A DNA stretch of 64,000 nucleotides from Zancudomyces culisetae HAW-14-8 (Eukaryota > Fungi > Kickxellomycota), in the NCBI GenBank assembly GCA_052426225.1, contig JBNJNM010000006.1, positions 2,858,670-2,922,669 of the forward strand, read 5' to 3'. Positions 25,201-38,199 of the stretch are shown here, one piece after another. The notes under the pieces were generated by a model. That model did no database searches. It was not told the DNA's origin and saw only the letters and a program-made list of their open reading frames with translations. Position numbers and translations under genes: made by a program. Within the stretch, counting starts at the first letter, position 1, and every line of letters begins with the position of its first letter.

Positions 25201-27478
25201 CCTGGAAACCCTGATTCAGTTAAATCTGCACTCATTAATGAATAAACATAGGTTTATTCACTATCTCGTGTTCCGCCTCGGATGCAGAAGTTTCACAAGT
25301 ATCTTCGATATCACTTTGGACATCTGAATACTCCTCATCGGACATTCCTATATGGTTTAAGTCCTCTTGGCTCATAAGTTGAAAACGGTATCTATCCCTG
25401 TCGATTATGATGTCGATAGTATTGTCTTTGTAGTTCAATGTAGCTCTGAGATCCTTGCTAGTGTTTAGACCCTGAATCGCAGGCACGGCGCACTCTTGTG
25501 TTATTAAGAATCTGACTTTGACTTTGACGTCGTCGTCCAAATTTATTCTGGCATTTGCGGTCACTGTGACTTCTAAGCTAGTTCCACCTACTTGTGTTAG
25601 TAAAATTGGGTTTTCTAATTTTTTTTTCTTTAATCTTAACTCTTATACCAGTGATGTTCTCATGAGTGAATTTATTGCTTATGAATATACAAATAGTGGT
25701 ACATTCCTGTTTACTATCCTAGTCCATAAATAGCAAGGGTCTGTATTAGTTCTTTCACTAGTTGTTGTATCTACTAACATAGCTTTCTTCTTTGTTCTCT
25801 TCCGAATATATTGTCGTATAGCGAGCATACGATGGAAGATCCTAGGTGATTTTATAGTAAATATTTATTTTTATTCTATATGTTTTGATTTCTTAACCAA
25901 CTAAATATTATTATCGATCTACAAATAGTTTTTTATACATATATTTTTGAATATATATTATTTCTATGTTGTAGAAACAAACATTAAAGTTTATTAGATT
26001 TATTATATAAGTAAAGCATTTACCGACTCTAATGAAAAAGGTGTGCAATAAATAAAGATTATTATATAAATTCAATATTAGAAATTTTGTGCCCTTCCAT
26101 CATTATATTTCTAGCAAGTAAAAGAAAGATAAAATACTAAAGTAAATGATAATATAATATATTTACAACCAAGCAAGGATAATATCACTGCATTCGATTA
26201 AAAGTCGATATTATATAACAGTATTATCTGAAAGAGTTATAAACGGGCCTCTTCTCTTTCGGATGTGAGTCAAAATACTCACGCCATGATACAGGAACTG
26301 GTGTACCTAACAATTTGTTAAATAAAATGCACTCTTTTGCCGGCTTCTTCTTTACCTTAATCTTGGTCTTATTCTTTACCTTTAACTTCAAAGAACGCAC
26401 TGGTTTGATAGTTCTGTCTATTAGATTTTCTGATGGTTAGACTGTGGTGACTTGTGTGGATAATCCTCGGAGTTAAGGTAGTGTGGTTCTAATGTGTGGG
26501 CGGTAGCGGCAGCGGATATCGCTAGCATTGAGTTTTCCTTATGAACGGGTAGTCAATTATCCGTGTGCTTTTTGACGTCCTCTGAGTTATTTTTTACCGA
26601 TGCTGGTTGAGTACTGGGTTGACTTGTGCAAAATCTCGCCTTGTGTCCAGTTTTGCTTCAATTGAAACACGTAATCTTGGGTCTTTCCTACTTACTTTGA
26701 ATTAGTAAGGTTTTCACCGTCTCAGTTAAATCCTCTAATTTTTGTTGTAATAATTCAGTTTCTGGAACTTCTGACTTACTTTCAAACTGGCTTTCCTAGT
26801 ACTTAGTGTTTCTTCGGCACCTTGATTTTTCCGATCTGTCTCACCTTACTCAGGTTGATTACTTTATCCACTAGCTCCTTCAGCTTTATACTATCCAAAT
26901 TTTTGGCTATTTTCCACAGAATAGCCTTATCTCAAGCAGCTAAACAATTTATGAATATTTTTCTCACCTGCATTTCTGTATTCATTTCTTCAGGGATGGT
27001 ATCTGCATATCTCATAAACCGTCAAGTGAACTCGCCAATGTCTTCTGAGATCTCTTTCTACATACTTGCCAGTCCTTCTATGCTGCCAGCTGGGGTTTTT
27101 TGTTACTCTTGACTTCTTTAATAAGAAGCGTTAACCATTCCGTTAGTTTCCTTTCTCTTGCCATTACTTCTTCCATTTCATATAACATCCAGTCATTAGC
27201 TCTTCCTTGTAACCATATCCCTAAAAGCTGAATAGCTTTCTTCTCATATACTCCCATAATATCTATATCCATCGAAAACCTTCTTGTCCATTGTTCAATG
27301 CCGGTACTTTCCTCACCTTCCCATTTAGGTGGTAGCAATGTGGGTTCGATCTTGTCCGTCATTTTAACTTCTTTTATTGGGGTTTTAGAACAAGAATTTT
27401 TTTAACTGTATATCTGTTTGGATTTATCCACTTTCCCCTTGGTGCTGATAACGCCAACGTTGTTTGTGGATCTGATTA
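22263..27478 (-). mobile_element. Decayed non-chromoviral Gypsy L (3' LTR ~22263-22560; IN, RH, RT, PR and gag remnants; tRNA-type PBS; 5' LTR stub 27458-27478)
   Basis: ORF fragments 22733-27362 (RFCVDYR, LTDASS, GLVERSN). GTTGTTTGTGG recurs at 22264 and 27459. Purine tract at ~22561-22579 on minus. PBS TGGCGTTATCAGCA at 27456-27443. Confidence 0.8.
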
Positions 27479-28008
27479 TGTTATATATACACATGTATCA
27501 TAACAATATTGTATATTTAATACAATATTTATTAATTAATATTATAAAATTATAAGTTATAATATTTAATTATTATATATTTATTAGTTAAATTCATTAA
27601 TATTGATACACATGATCAATATTTAATGTATAATCATTAAATTGTGTATAATAATGATATTTGTGTATTTGTTTAATATTATGTTATATTAATAATTTTA
27701 GTTTATAATAAAGTTTATAAAGAACTAATTGTATAATAAGAGATACTAACCCTTTTCATGAATAATTAAGTTTGTCATTCTCGTTTTAAATAATAAGATA
27801 TATTAACTTATATTATATTATTACTGTGTGTTTTGTCGGACTTGACCGGGTAGGTCACGTTCTTTGGTCGGGTTTCTGATAGTCAGAAACTCCTGCTTAA
27901 CTATCTCCCCTAGCTCATGGAAGGGATCCTGTGACTGTTCCGGTTCTATATCCATATTGGATACTTCTGAACGGTCACTGTCGAAAGAATAGCGTCCCTC
28001 ATCCTAAA

Positions 28009-28884
28009 TGTTATAAACAATGAGCTGCTTATAACTTGGCTTAGAGAATTGTTATGCTTGATTAATGTTTATTTAGGGAGAAGTAAGTATTTAGAAAAAT
28101 TAATATTTGATGTGTTGATAAATATATATTTTTCTCTGATGTATCCCAACGGAATTTCGAAGGGTTTATATAATTTTTCATCAGAGAATTTTACTGTGAA
28201 GAAAAACTTAAAGTCAATAAATCTTAGCTATAAAATTTGACTATGTAAAATTGAACTAGTTTAAGGTATCTACTTATCGTGAAACTTGTAATTTTCATTT
28301 GTTGATTTTAACATAGATATGGTTTATCAATTTTATCATTGATTTAGTATATCAATTTTAACAATGATTTTGTTCATTGATATTAGCATAGTTTTTGATT
28401 ATCGATTTTAGCGTTGATTTTGTTTATCGATTTTATCATGGTTTTTGTTTATCGATTTTATCATGGTTTTTGTTTATCGATTTTAACATTGATTATATTT
28501 ATCAATTTTGGCATTGATTTTATATATCAATTTTATCATGGATTTGGTTTATCAATTTTATCATGGATTTGGTTTATCAATTTTATCATGAATTTTATTT
28601 ATCAATTTTATCATGGATTTTGTATATCCAATTTTTTAATGGATTTGGTTTATCCAATTTTTTCAAGGATTTTTGTTAAATTTAATTATTGGAAAATTTC
28701 TTGATTTTGCTTAGTAAATTTTCCCAATAATAAAATCAGAAAATTCATGGTGAAGTTGCAAACATGATTCCAATGTCGGAATGGCATATTAGAAAACCGG
28801 AAATGAAATAATAAAATAGGTTAGATTTTTAGTAGGCCAAAATGTAACTAAAAATTATGTTACAGGAATCGGCCATTCCTAACA
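28009..28884. mobile_element. Solo LTR-like J1 with internal 21-bp minisatellite
   Basis: TGTTA...TTCCTAACA; splits the H ORF; first ~250 bp homologous to 46593-46800; TSD degenerate (CTAAA/CTTGA). Confidence 0.65.
28300..28670. repeat. 21-bp tandem repeat, consensus ~TTTATCAATTTTATCATGGAT/T
   Basis: Directly visible array; reverse-complement units recur at ~31980-32058. Confidence 0.85.
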
Positions 28885-29554
28885 CTTGAACTGTTGGATG
28901 ATGGCTGAACGGAGTTGCTGCATCAGACCTGACAATGAGATTTTAGTAATGTTTTAATTATATGTTCTTTTACTTATTTAGCCGTAGCACTATTAAACTT
29001 TATAAATAAACAGCCTTGTTTAAACGAGTACTTTGTTGTTCAACTGTTTTCTTTATTTCCTTATTTTTTTTACTTGTTTCTTAAAACTACTAAAAGAGCT
29101 GAGGAATCCTCATTGAGTCTTCCTTCGCTTATATATATATACTATTTAGTTTAACCTAATAAAAGCTAATTCAAATAACCTATGTTTCTACGTAATATAC
29201 TGAGTAGTATCGGATGGTTTCGTTTATCATCGTTTTCGTATTCTTATTGTTCATTTATTTGAATGTTGATTTCCTATAATCTTTTTTAATTGTATTAATT
29301 GTTTTATAATTTTTCTTTGATTATTAATTTTTTTTCAATTGACTAAATAGTATTGTTGTATTATTGTTCAACTTTAATTTACTTTAGTTGATTATTATGT
29401 GGTAAATAAAATGTTATATATAATATTTCGAGTGAGGTAAAAATATGCGACAGTTTAATTAGTATAATTATTATTAACTTTTATAAATTAACTGTTTGTT
29501 AATTAGTTAATACCATCATTATTGTGTATAATATTATTATCTTACAATATCTAG

Positions 29555-31960
29555 CAATGCCGTTCAGATTGTGGAATGCACCGAGCACTTTCCAGTGACT
29601 GATGAACAATATTTTAAGAGAATACTTGGATGAATTTGTGTTGGTATATTTAGACGACATATTGATTTATTCAAGACAATGGAAGAACATGAATTACATC
29701 TAAAAGTAGTACTAAATAACTATCTGAACACAAGTTGATTTTAAATCTAGAAAAATGTAGTTTTGGAGTAAAAAGAATTATAATTTTAGGTCATCTAATT
29801 AATAACGGAAGTATTAGTCCATGCAAAGATAAAGCCAAAGAAATAATAAAATTAGAAAAACCGATTAATATTCGACAACTATTGGGATACTTAGGACTAA
29901 GCAATTATTACAGGAAATTTATTGCAGGATTCGCAAACATGGCGAAACCTCTGTACAATCTAAGTCATGGTTATAAAAACATTAATGAAAAGGTTACCTG
30001 GACAGTGGAAGGAACAAAATCATATAGTCAAATAAAGGAAGCAATAACTAATGCAGACAGATTGTATCCACCTGAAGGGATAAAAAGTTCGTTATCGAAA
30101 CGGATGCCAGTGGAGTAGCAATAGGAGCGGTTATGTTACAAGATCAGGAAGTAGGTCGAGTCCCCATCGCATTCGAATCTAGAGTGTTAAATAAAGCGGA
30201 ACTAAATTATTCTGTAAATGAAATAGAAATGTTAGCAATTATTCATGCATTTAAAACATGGAAACATTACCTTATTAACGGAGTAACAGTACATACCGAC
30301 CATAAGACGCTGACATCGATTATTAAAAAAAATGAACCAACAGGAAAGATCGCTAGGTGGCTAAAAGAATGGCAATATCTAAACCGGAGATCAAACATAT
30401 CAAAGGAAAGGAAAATATGGGAGCGGATGCGTTATCAAGAAAAAAGTTTATTAACAGTATGGAAACAATGGAATGGCCTGAACTAGTTATAGATTGTATA
30501 AAGGATGGCTATAACGATAAACCAATGAATATTAGACACCAATTCGATAAAGAAAGAAGCAAATTTGAATACATTAAAAACATTTTATATAGGAAGGTAA
30601 ATAACAATATTTACCGTATATACATCTAAATCAAAGAGAAGATATAATAAATGCTTACCATGTAAGTGCAGCACACCTAGGAATAAACAACGTGTACAAC
30701 CTGATGAAGCTCCGTTGCTGGTGGCCGAATATGCGACAAACGATAACAGCGGAATTGGCAAAGTGCGAGGCTTGCCAATTCTCAGCTAAAGGCAAAGGAA
30801 CATCAGCACCACTACACCCATTGAAACCAGCAGACGAAGCTTTTTCCAGATGGGGGATAGATTTTATCGGCCTCCTACCGAAAACAAAGAGAGGAAACAA
30901 GTGGATTCTAGTCGCGGTAGACTACCTAACAGGGTGGGTCATAACACAAGCTACGATCGATGCAACCACAGAGACAACTGCTAAATTTATATATGAAAGT
31001 ATTATGTTAACGTTTGGTTGCCCAAAAGAAATTATAAGTGATAGAGGTAAACAGTTTACAGCAGAAACATTAAGAACATATTTAAGAATACTAGAAGTAA
31101 TTCACAAACTCACTAGCGCTTACCATCCACAAATGAATAAAAAAACCGAGCGAGTGAATGGAATCATCTCGACAGCAATAGCAAAAATGGTTAACAATAC
31201 AAAAACTAATTGGGATATATTCCTACCTCAAGCCACATGGGCCGCACGTATTGCATAAATCGATCGACCGGTATATCTCCATATTACTTAGTTTTCGGAC
31301 AAATACCAAAATTTCCAGGAGATACAAAACCACCGTTGATAAAGTCAAAAAATAATTTGAATAAGGCTTGGGATAAGGTAATTAACTGAATTCGCGAACA
31401 AAATAAAGTCAGGAAAAATGCCATAAAAAACCAAAAAAATTTTGCTGATAAAATGAAAAATTTTTGCGATAAGAAAATAAATTTTCAACCATTGGAAATC
31501 AACGATTGGGTACTAGTAAAAAAATTTAACAGGAAAAAATTGGAACCTTAGATTGCTGGCTCTTTCAAATTATTGAAAAAACACCATTTAACACATTTAA
31601 ACTGCGCTCATCTTAATGGTGAAATATTCGAATATTTAGTACATCACGACAGATTAAAACGAGCGAATATAAGAAACGAAAAAACAATAATGAGACCATG
31701 GAACAAATTTAGAAACAGAGTAGAGGACCTCTGAATTGAGGAAGGAGATGATATCGTGATCAACCGTTCACATTCAGAAACATGAAACACGGAGAGGAGC
31801 ATAATTAGCTCAATACATATTTAAATATAATTAAGTGCTTAAAGACGCACAGGATGAATAGGGAGTTCAGTAAAGTAGTTAGATAAGGTTAGTTAGGTAA
31901 TCATATAGTCATATGGTTAAGTTAGTAAAGATACATTTTAAAGTTACTGATTTCATGACA
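29555..31960 (+). mobile_element. 5'-truncated Gypsy relic N (RT-RH-IN, PPT, 3' LTR 31752-31960)
   Basis: YLDD at ~29646; ETDASG; WGIDFIG; SDRGKQF; PPT GAGGAAGGAGATGA; LTR TATCGTGA...TCATGACA. Confidence 0.8.
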
Positions 31961-32303
31961 ATAATATCTATGCAAAAATAATAAATAAAATCAATATTAA
32001 TTGATATACAAAATCAATGTTAAAATTGATATACTAAATCAATGTTAAAATCGATAAATATAAGGAACTAACCAATAGGAATCATAATCCATTTAATTAG
32101 TTAGTATATAAACCTTTACCAAAGCTTACTAGTAAACTTTAAGTCTTTTAATCTCGTTTATTTAGTATCTATACTATTACAATAAAGACAATCATAACAT
32201 ATTAAAAGACTTCTAAAGGTTCCAGTAATTCTCCTAGTTAAACCTACACTTGTCATACCTTAGCAAACCCTAGTACAACCCTGTCACAATCATAGCAAGA
32301 ACC

Positions 32304-33143
32304 ATGTCAGAGAAAAAATCCGCAGAAAAAAAAGCTGCAGAAACGAATCCGTTTCGCATGGCAGAACTAAAAAGCCCAGAACTAGAAAAATTCGATGGAT
32401 CAGCAGCTAATTATGACATATTCATGTCACGCCTGAGATTCCACTACTGGTCGTATCCAGAACACTTTGAACTAGATAAGCAAAAAATCAGATTCATAGG
32501 AAGTCACTTAACCGGAGCAGCATCACTATGGTTTTTGAATCTGGTGGATTCAAAACCAACATTACTAGAAGATTATGACATTTTTTTGGCTGCATTCAAG
32601 AGCAGATTTTCAGACCCCACAGCCCAAGCCACCGCCATTAACAAAATGACTAATCTGAAGCAAGGTAAACGCCCATTGGCTGAGCACGCAGCAGACTTCA
32701 TTACATATGCCAACCTATCAGGATTCAATGACGTTGCAAAAATTCACACTTTTGTAAACAGCCTGAATAAGGATATTTTGTTGTATCTCTTCGCTACAGA
32801 ACTGCCTAACACCTTGGACGAAGTCATAAACGTAGCCGCCAGAGTAGAAAACAGAGTCAAAGCCAGAAACCAGTGCCTCCAGTTGGCAGCAGAAGAGCCA
32901 CTCAGTCTTAACCCGTTTAGACCAATCCCAAGCAGCCTACCACCAACGGAGCCAATGGATGTGGATGCCACTACCCTCCGCCCCCGCTACCCCCGCAGAC
33001 CCCGCGAACACCGGGAACCCCTCACCCCAGAAGAACTCCAGCGCAGAAGAGACCTAAACCTGTGTCTTTACTGTGGAAAACCGGGCCATTTTGTAGCAGA
33101 TTGCCGAGCCAAAAAGGCTTTAAAAGGCCGCACCCAACAGTAG
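32304..33143 (+). CDS. gag: Gag of D
   Basis: Homologous to A Gag; EPMDVD; CLYCGKPGHFVADC. Confidence 0.92.
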   Translation: MSEKKSAEKKAAETNPFRMAELKSPELEKFDGSAANYDIFMSRLRFHYWSYPEHFELDKQKIRFIGSHLTGAASLWFLNLVDSKPTLLEDYDIFLAAFKSRFSDPTAQATAINKMTNLKQGKRPLAEHAADFITYANLSGFNDVAKIHTFVNSLNKDILLYLFATELPNTLDEVINVAARVENRVKARNQCLQLAAEEPLSLNPFRPIPSSLPPTEPMDVDATTLRPRYPRRPREHREPLTPEELQRRRDLNLCLYCGKPGHFVADCRAKKALKGRTQQ

Positions 33144-36100
33144 CCGGGAAGTTACTATTGGGTAATTCCTATAGCAGATACACAAATAGTAGTGATGTTC
33201 CAAAGAAATTTTTAAAATTAATAAAGTTAACCAATGAAAACATCGACTACCCAGTATTGGCACTGATCGACTCCGGAGCATCAGCCAATTTTATCTGCGA
33301 AAAGTACCTCAAGGAATTAAATCTTCCCACGGAACGCCTAGACAGACCAGTAGCCGTAGAGACAATAGACGGAAAACCATTGAGCGAAACAGACATCGGT
33401 TACAAAGCTCACAGAATCAAACTAACCATTGGCCAGCACCAGGAATACACAGATCTGTACCCCATAAGATCACAGCATGCCAAGATCATATTAGGTTTAT
33501 CTTGGTTAAGAAAACACAATCCGAGCATTGATTGGCCATCGTTATCCATAAAGATGGACTCCAACTTCTGCAAGGACAGATGCTTACCCAAGACAGAGAC
33601 ACTGAACATGGTATACCGATGCCCAGACCCAAGCGACGACGAATCAGAAACTAGAAAATCTAAACTAGCCGCAAACCCGTACATCAGAACCAGAGAACTT
33701 AAGCCAAGGTACACTAAAGTCGGGTTACCCAATGTCGACAAGACCCCATTTTTCGGTAAAAAATGGGCCGAAAAGATTCGAAGCAGCTATTTTTCCGACC
33801 TCATGGAACTACAAGAATGCGTGAACCAGGCTACCAACAAAGCTACCAACAAACAGGAACAGAATACCGATCCAATGCCAAGCCCACCAGTAAACCAGGA
33901 ACCCGAATCAGAAAGCGACTATTTCTCAGCCGACGAACCAGAGACAGCCAAGCAAACTGAAGCCAATCAAGCCGAACATGCCGAATTCGAGGAACCGAAA
34001 CAGCCTGCAGAGACCAAACAAGAAAAACCGCCACAGATCACCGAAATCTCACCGCCGACACTAGAACCAAAAAACGCCCCGCCAGATACTGCCACGCCCC
34101 CAGTAGTGCTCATAAGTCCACCCCCAACAATAACTCAATTACCCCGCCAAGACCATCAGAAACACACACTCCAGGAGGAGCCCAGCACTGAAGAACAAGA
34201 GATTCCGGAGGTCTACAGTCAATTTATGGAGGTATTCAGCAAGGAGAAAGCCAATACACTTCCAATGCACAGAAGATACGACTGCCCAATAGACCTAAAA
34301 CCCGGATCCGAGCCAACATTTGGCCCCATTTACAATTTAACGGAACCAGAAAGACGAGAACTGGCAAAATACACAAAGGAAAACTTAGCCAATGGATTCA
34401 TCAGGAAATCCAAATCTTCAGCAGGAGCTCCAATCATGTTTATCAAGAAGAAAGATGGATCGCTCAGACTTTGCGTGGACTACAGGAAGCTTAACGAAGC
34501 GACAGTAAAGAACCGCTACCCGCTACCCAGAATAGATGACTTGCTGGACAGACTTAGAACAGCCAAGATTTTCACCAAGCTGGATCTACGGAACGCCTAC
34601 CATTTAGTCAGAATCAGAGAAGGCGACGAATGGAAAACCGCGTTCAGATGTAGGGAAGGCCACTTCGAGTACCAAGTAATGCCATTCGGGCTTACAAACG
34701 CTCCAGCCACGTTCCAACACTTCATCAACGACGTACTGAGGGATGTCCTGGACCATTACGCAGTCGCATACCTCGATGATATCTTAGTCTTTTCTAACTC
34801 CATGAACGAACACATTGATCATGTGAAATCCGTACTGGGTAAACTTTTGAGACATAATCTTTATGTCAAAGGGGAAAAATGCGTTTTCCATGTGAACAAG
34901 GTTCAATTCTTGGGGCAGGTTATTTCTGACAAAGGCGTAGAAGCCGACCCAGAAAAGCTAAACAATGTGATGAAATGGGAAACACCCAAAAACAACAAGG
35001 ACATCCAAACATTTTTAGGTTTCGCTAACTATTACCGTAAATTTATACCAGACTTCGCCAAGATGGCAGCCCCACTGTCAAGACTGCTAAAGAAAGTTCA
35101 AGGATTTACCTGGACTCAAGAAACGGAAATGGCCTTTAATGAACTCAAGAGGAATCTGACATCTACCGCAGTGCTCAAATTTCCAGACCCAGACAGACCA
35201 TTCATAGTAGAAACAGACGCATCGGACTTTGCAATAGGAGCAGTGCTATCGCAGGAAGACTCGGATGGATCACTAGCACCATGTGCATTCTACTCGAGAA
35301 AACTCCAGCAGGCAGAGATCAATTACAACATTTTTGACAAGGAATTATTAGCCATAGTCGAAGCCCTAAAGGAATGGAGACACTACCTCGAGGGAGCCAA
35401 TCACAAGGTGACAATACTTTCGGACCATAAAAATCTGGAATACTTCAAGACAGCTAAATCACTCAACCGCAGGCACGCTAGGTGGACCATATACCTCAGC
35501 AGATACGACTTCACAATTAAGTTCAGACCAGGGAAAAACAGCGGGAAACCAGATGCGTTGTCTCGAAGAGCAGAATTCAAGGCCAAAGAAGAGCAGAACA
35601 CGCCGATCATTCCAGCTAAACACTTCCTGAACATGATCAGTAGTCCAATCAACTCAATCAGAGAATCCATAGTTCAAATGATAGCAGCAGAGCCAGAAAA
35701 GATAAATGAAGAGCTCAACAGCATCAGAAAAAAATCTCCAACATCAGTCCCGGAGTTCAATGAACAGGCAGGAGTATACTTTATTGACAAAAAGGTATGG
35801 GTACCAGAAAGATTAATATTAGATGTGGTCCGCTCCCGTCACGATTCACTCGTAGCAGGCCATTTCGGAATAGCAAAGACTTTGGATCTTATCAACCGCG
35901 ATTTCTGGTTTTCAAAGATAAACAAATACGTCAAAGAATACATTAAATCCTGCGAAATTTGCTCCAGATCCAAGCCCAGCCGCCACAAAAAGTACGGATT
36001 ACTGCAGCCCCTACCAGTCGCATCCGCTCCCTGGAAATCAATCACCATGGATTTTGTAACAGACCTACCAAAATCGAAAGGGTGCACAGTTCTAATGGTA

Positions 36101-37086
36101 GTGGTGGATAGGTTCTCGAAAATGGCGCATTTCATCCCGTTGAAAAAACTACCCTCCGCATTAGAAACGGCCGACGCGTTCATAAGAGATATTTTCAGAA
36201 TACATGGCATGCCAGACGAAATCATTTCGGACAGAGGCACGCAGTTTACATCCAGATTCTGGCGCAGTCTGTTCAAACAGCTCGAAGTATCGATAAAACT
36301 CTCATCCGCTTTCCACCCAGAAACAGACGGGCAGACTGAAAGAACTAATCAAACCGTAGAGCAATATCTCAGAATGTACAGCAATTATAAACAAGACAAC
36401 TGGGCAGACCTCCTCCCACTAGCCGAATTTGCATATAATAACTCTAATCAAGCTTCCACACTTAAGTCGCCGTTTTTTGCTGTATATGGCTACAACCCAA
36501 GAATGGACCCACCTATAGCTAATTCAGACGACATCCCACAGGCTCGCGACAAGGTCAAAACAATGGAACGGATCCACAAACAGCTAAAAAAGAACCTATC
36601 CAACGCCATTAAAAACCAGAAAAAGTTTGCAGACAACAAGCGTTCTAATCCCCCAATATTCAAAAGCGGTGACATGGTATGGCTAAATTCAAAAAAATCA
36701 AGACCGAAAGACCCTCTCAGAAACTCGATTGGAAAAAGCTGGGACCGTTCAACGTACTAAAGAAAATTAACCAGGTAACTTACAAACTGGCTCTCCCAGC
36801 TAGCATGAAGATCCATAATAGTTTTCACGTTTCACTGTTAGAACCATACCACGCTAACAAAATTCCCAAGAGAATCCGGCCTCCTCCCCCGCCAATAATC
36901 GTAAATAACCGGGAAGAATTGGAAGTAGGCGAGATTTTGGATAGTAAGATTTCGAGGAAAAAAATTTACTATAAGATCAGATGGAAAGGACAAGGACCTG
37001 AAGAGGACACATGGGAACCAGTGGAACACTTAAACTGTCCCGAACTGGTAGCAAAATTCAACCAAAATACAACAGAAGCAACTTAA
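33119..37086 (+). pseudogene. pol: Pol of D (via -1 frameshift), with a frameshift in the A-run at ~36691-36697 upstream of GPF/chromodomain
   Basis: ORF 33062-36760 has LIDSGAS, YLDD, RH and IN; ORF 36679-37086 has GPF and the chromodomain. Confidence 0.88.
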
Positions 37087-37104
37087 GCAATATCGCAACT
37101 AAAC

Positions 37105-37326
37105 ATTATTTCACAACAAAACTCACTAGCAATAAGGCACCGTACATGGTTATTGGATAAAGGTCCAGAGATTTTAACTGAGTGGGGCGCCGGGAATTGT
37201 CACCATATTCTACTTCCCATTGGAACCTAAGACCACCCACAGTTCGGACTCCCCTTTATCACTTAACCATTCCGACACAGCAAAAGCTGTTCTTACGCCG
37301 AGCTTGAGTTTAAGTGGTGAAATAAT
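37105..37326 (-). ncRNA. Putative structured RNA element in the D 3' UTR
   Basis: Nested imperfect inverted repeats form a ~220-nt rod; the strand is inferred from G-U pairs. Confidence 0.45.
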
Positions 37327-38199
37327 ATTTAAACAGCGAATTAAATAATCCGGCCGAAGAAATAATTATTAGAATCGATTTCATTTCGATTTTTGTATGA
37401 AAAAACCAAACCCAACAGGAAAATCGATTGTTTTTATACAACGAACCAAAAAAATTTCCAAATATGGGACATTTGTTGTTCAATTTTTACAAAAAAATTT
37501 TTATTTTTTTCACTATTTCCTTAAAGAAATAATCAAAAAAAAAAAAAAAAAAAAATTATTTAAAACCTGGGAGAGAGGATAATATAAGGAACTAACCAAT
37601 AGGAATCATTATCCATTTAATTAGTTAGTATATAAACCTTTACCAAAGCTTACTAGTAAACTTTAAGTCTTTTAATCTCGTTTATTTAGTATCTATACTA
37701 TTACAATAAAGACAATCATAACAATATTATAAGAAATAATAATATATAATATTGATAATTTATTAAACAATCTATAAATCCATCATAAACTTGTAATTAA
37801 GAAAAATGGTAATATCACTGTTTTAGAACCAACAATAAGGTTTTGATAGCAGTGGCATCAGCTACAGGATATTAAGCTTTATCAAGCAAGAGAAGTTATT
37901 AATTAAATATTTTATTGAAACGCATGAGTTCTATTATATACATTTATATTTAATTTAAACAGAAGATTAAAAATTTAAATTAGATGCTAAAAAATTTGAT
38001 TAATCGTAAAGCTAAACAAATGGAAAACGGAATATTGGTGAAAATGGTAAAGTTATTTATAGATAAAAGTAAAATATTTAAATATAATTTAGAAAAAAGA
38101 TTTTAATAACTGGGATGACCTGGAAAAAATGTAGTTACTAAATTTGTTACAATGTTGTATAGTTAATGTTATAATAACACGAGCCATAAAACAAAACGA

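Larger units (their letters stand above)
27834..29452 (-). mobile_element. Solo LTR H2, TSD GTTT, interrupted by J1
   Basis: TGTCG...CGACA; GTTT at 27830-27833 and 29453-29456; about 743 bp after removing J1; reverse-complement homolog of H1. Confidence 0.78.
27479..29546. repeat. LTR family G copy 2, interrupted by H2
   Basis: Homologous to 4064-4512 on both sides of the 27834-29452 insert. Confidence 0.6.
32059..37723 (+). mobile_element. Chromovirus-type Ty3/Gypsy element D with 141-bp LTRs
   Basis: LTRs 32059-32199 and 37583-37723 (one mismatch seen); PPT GGGAGAGAGGATAA; self-priming site 32201-32212; no matching TSD. Confidence 0.93.

Noticed and set aside
27834-28008. Structured RNA suggested by local hairpins
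   Set aside because: The segment is the coding part of LTR H2, and the hairpins are not evidently kept in H1 while the protein is.
28414-28704. Hydrophobic 96-aa ORF or CRISPR-like array
   Set aside because: Translation of a 21-bp minisatellite; no unique spacers and no cas genes.
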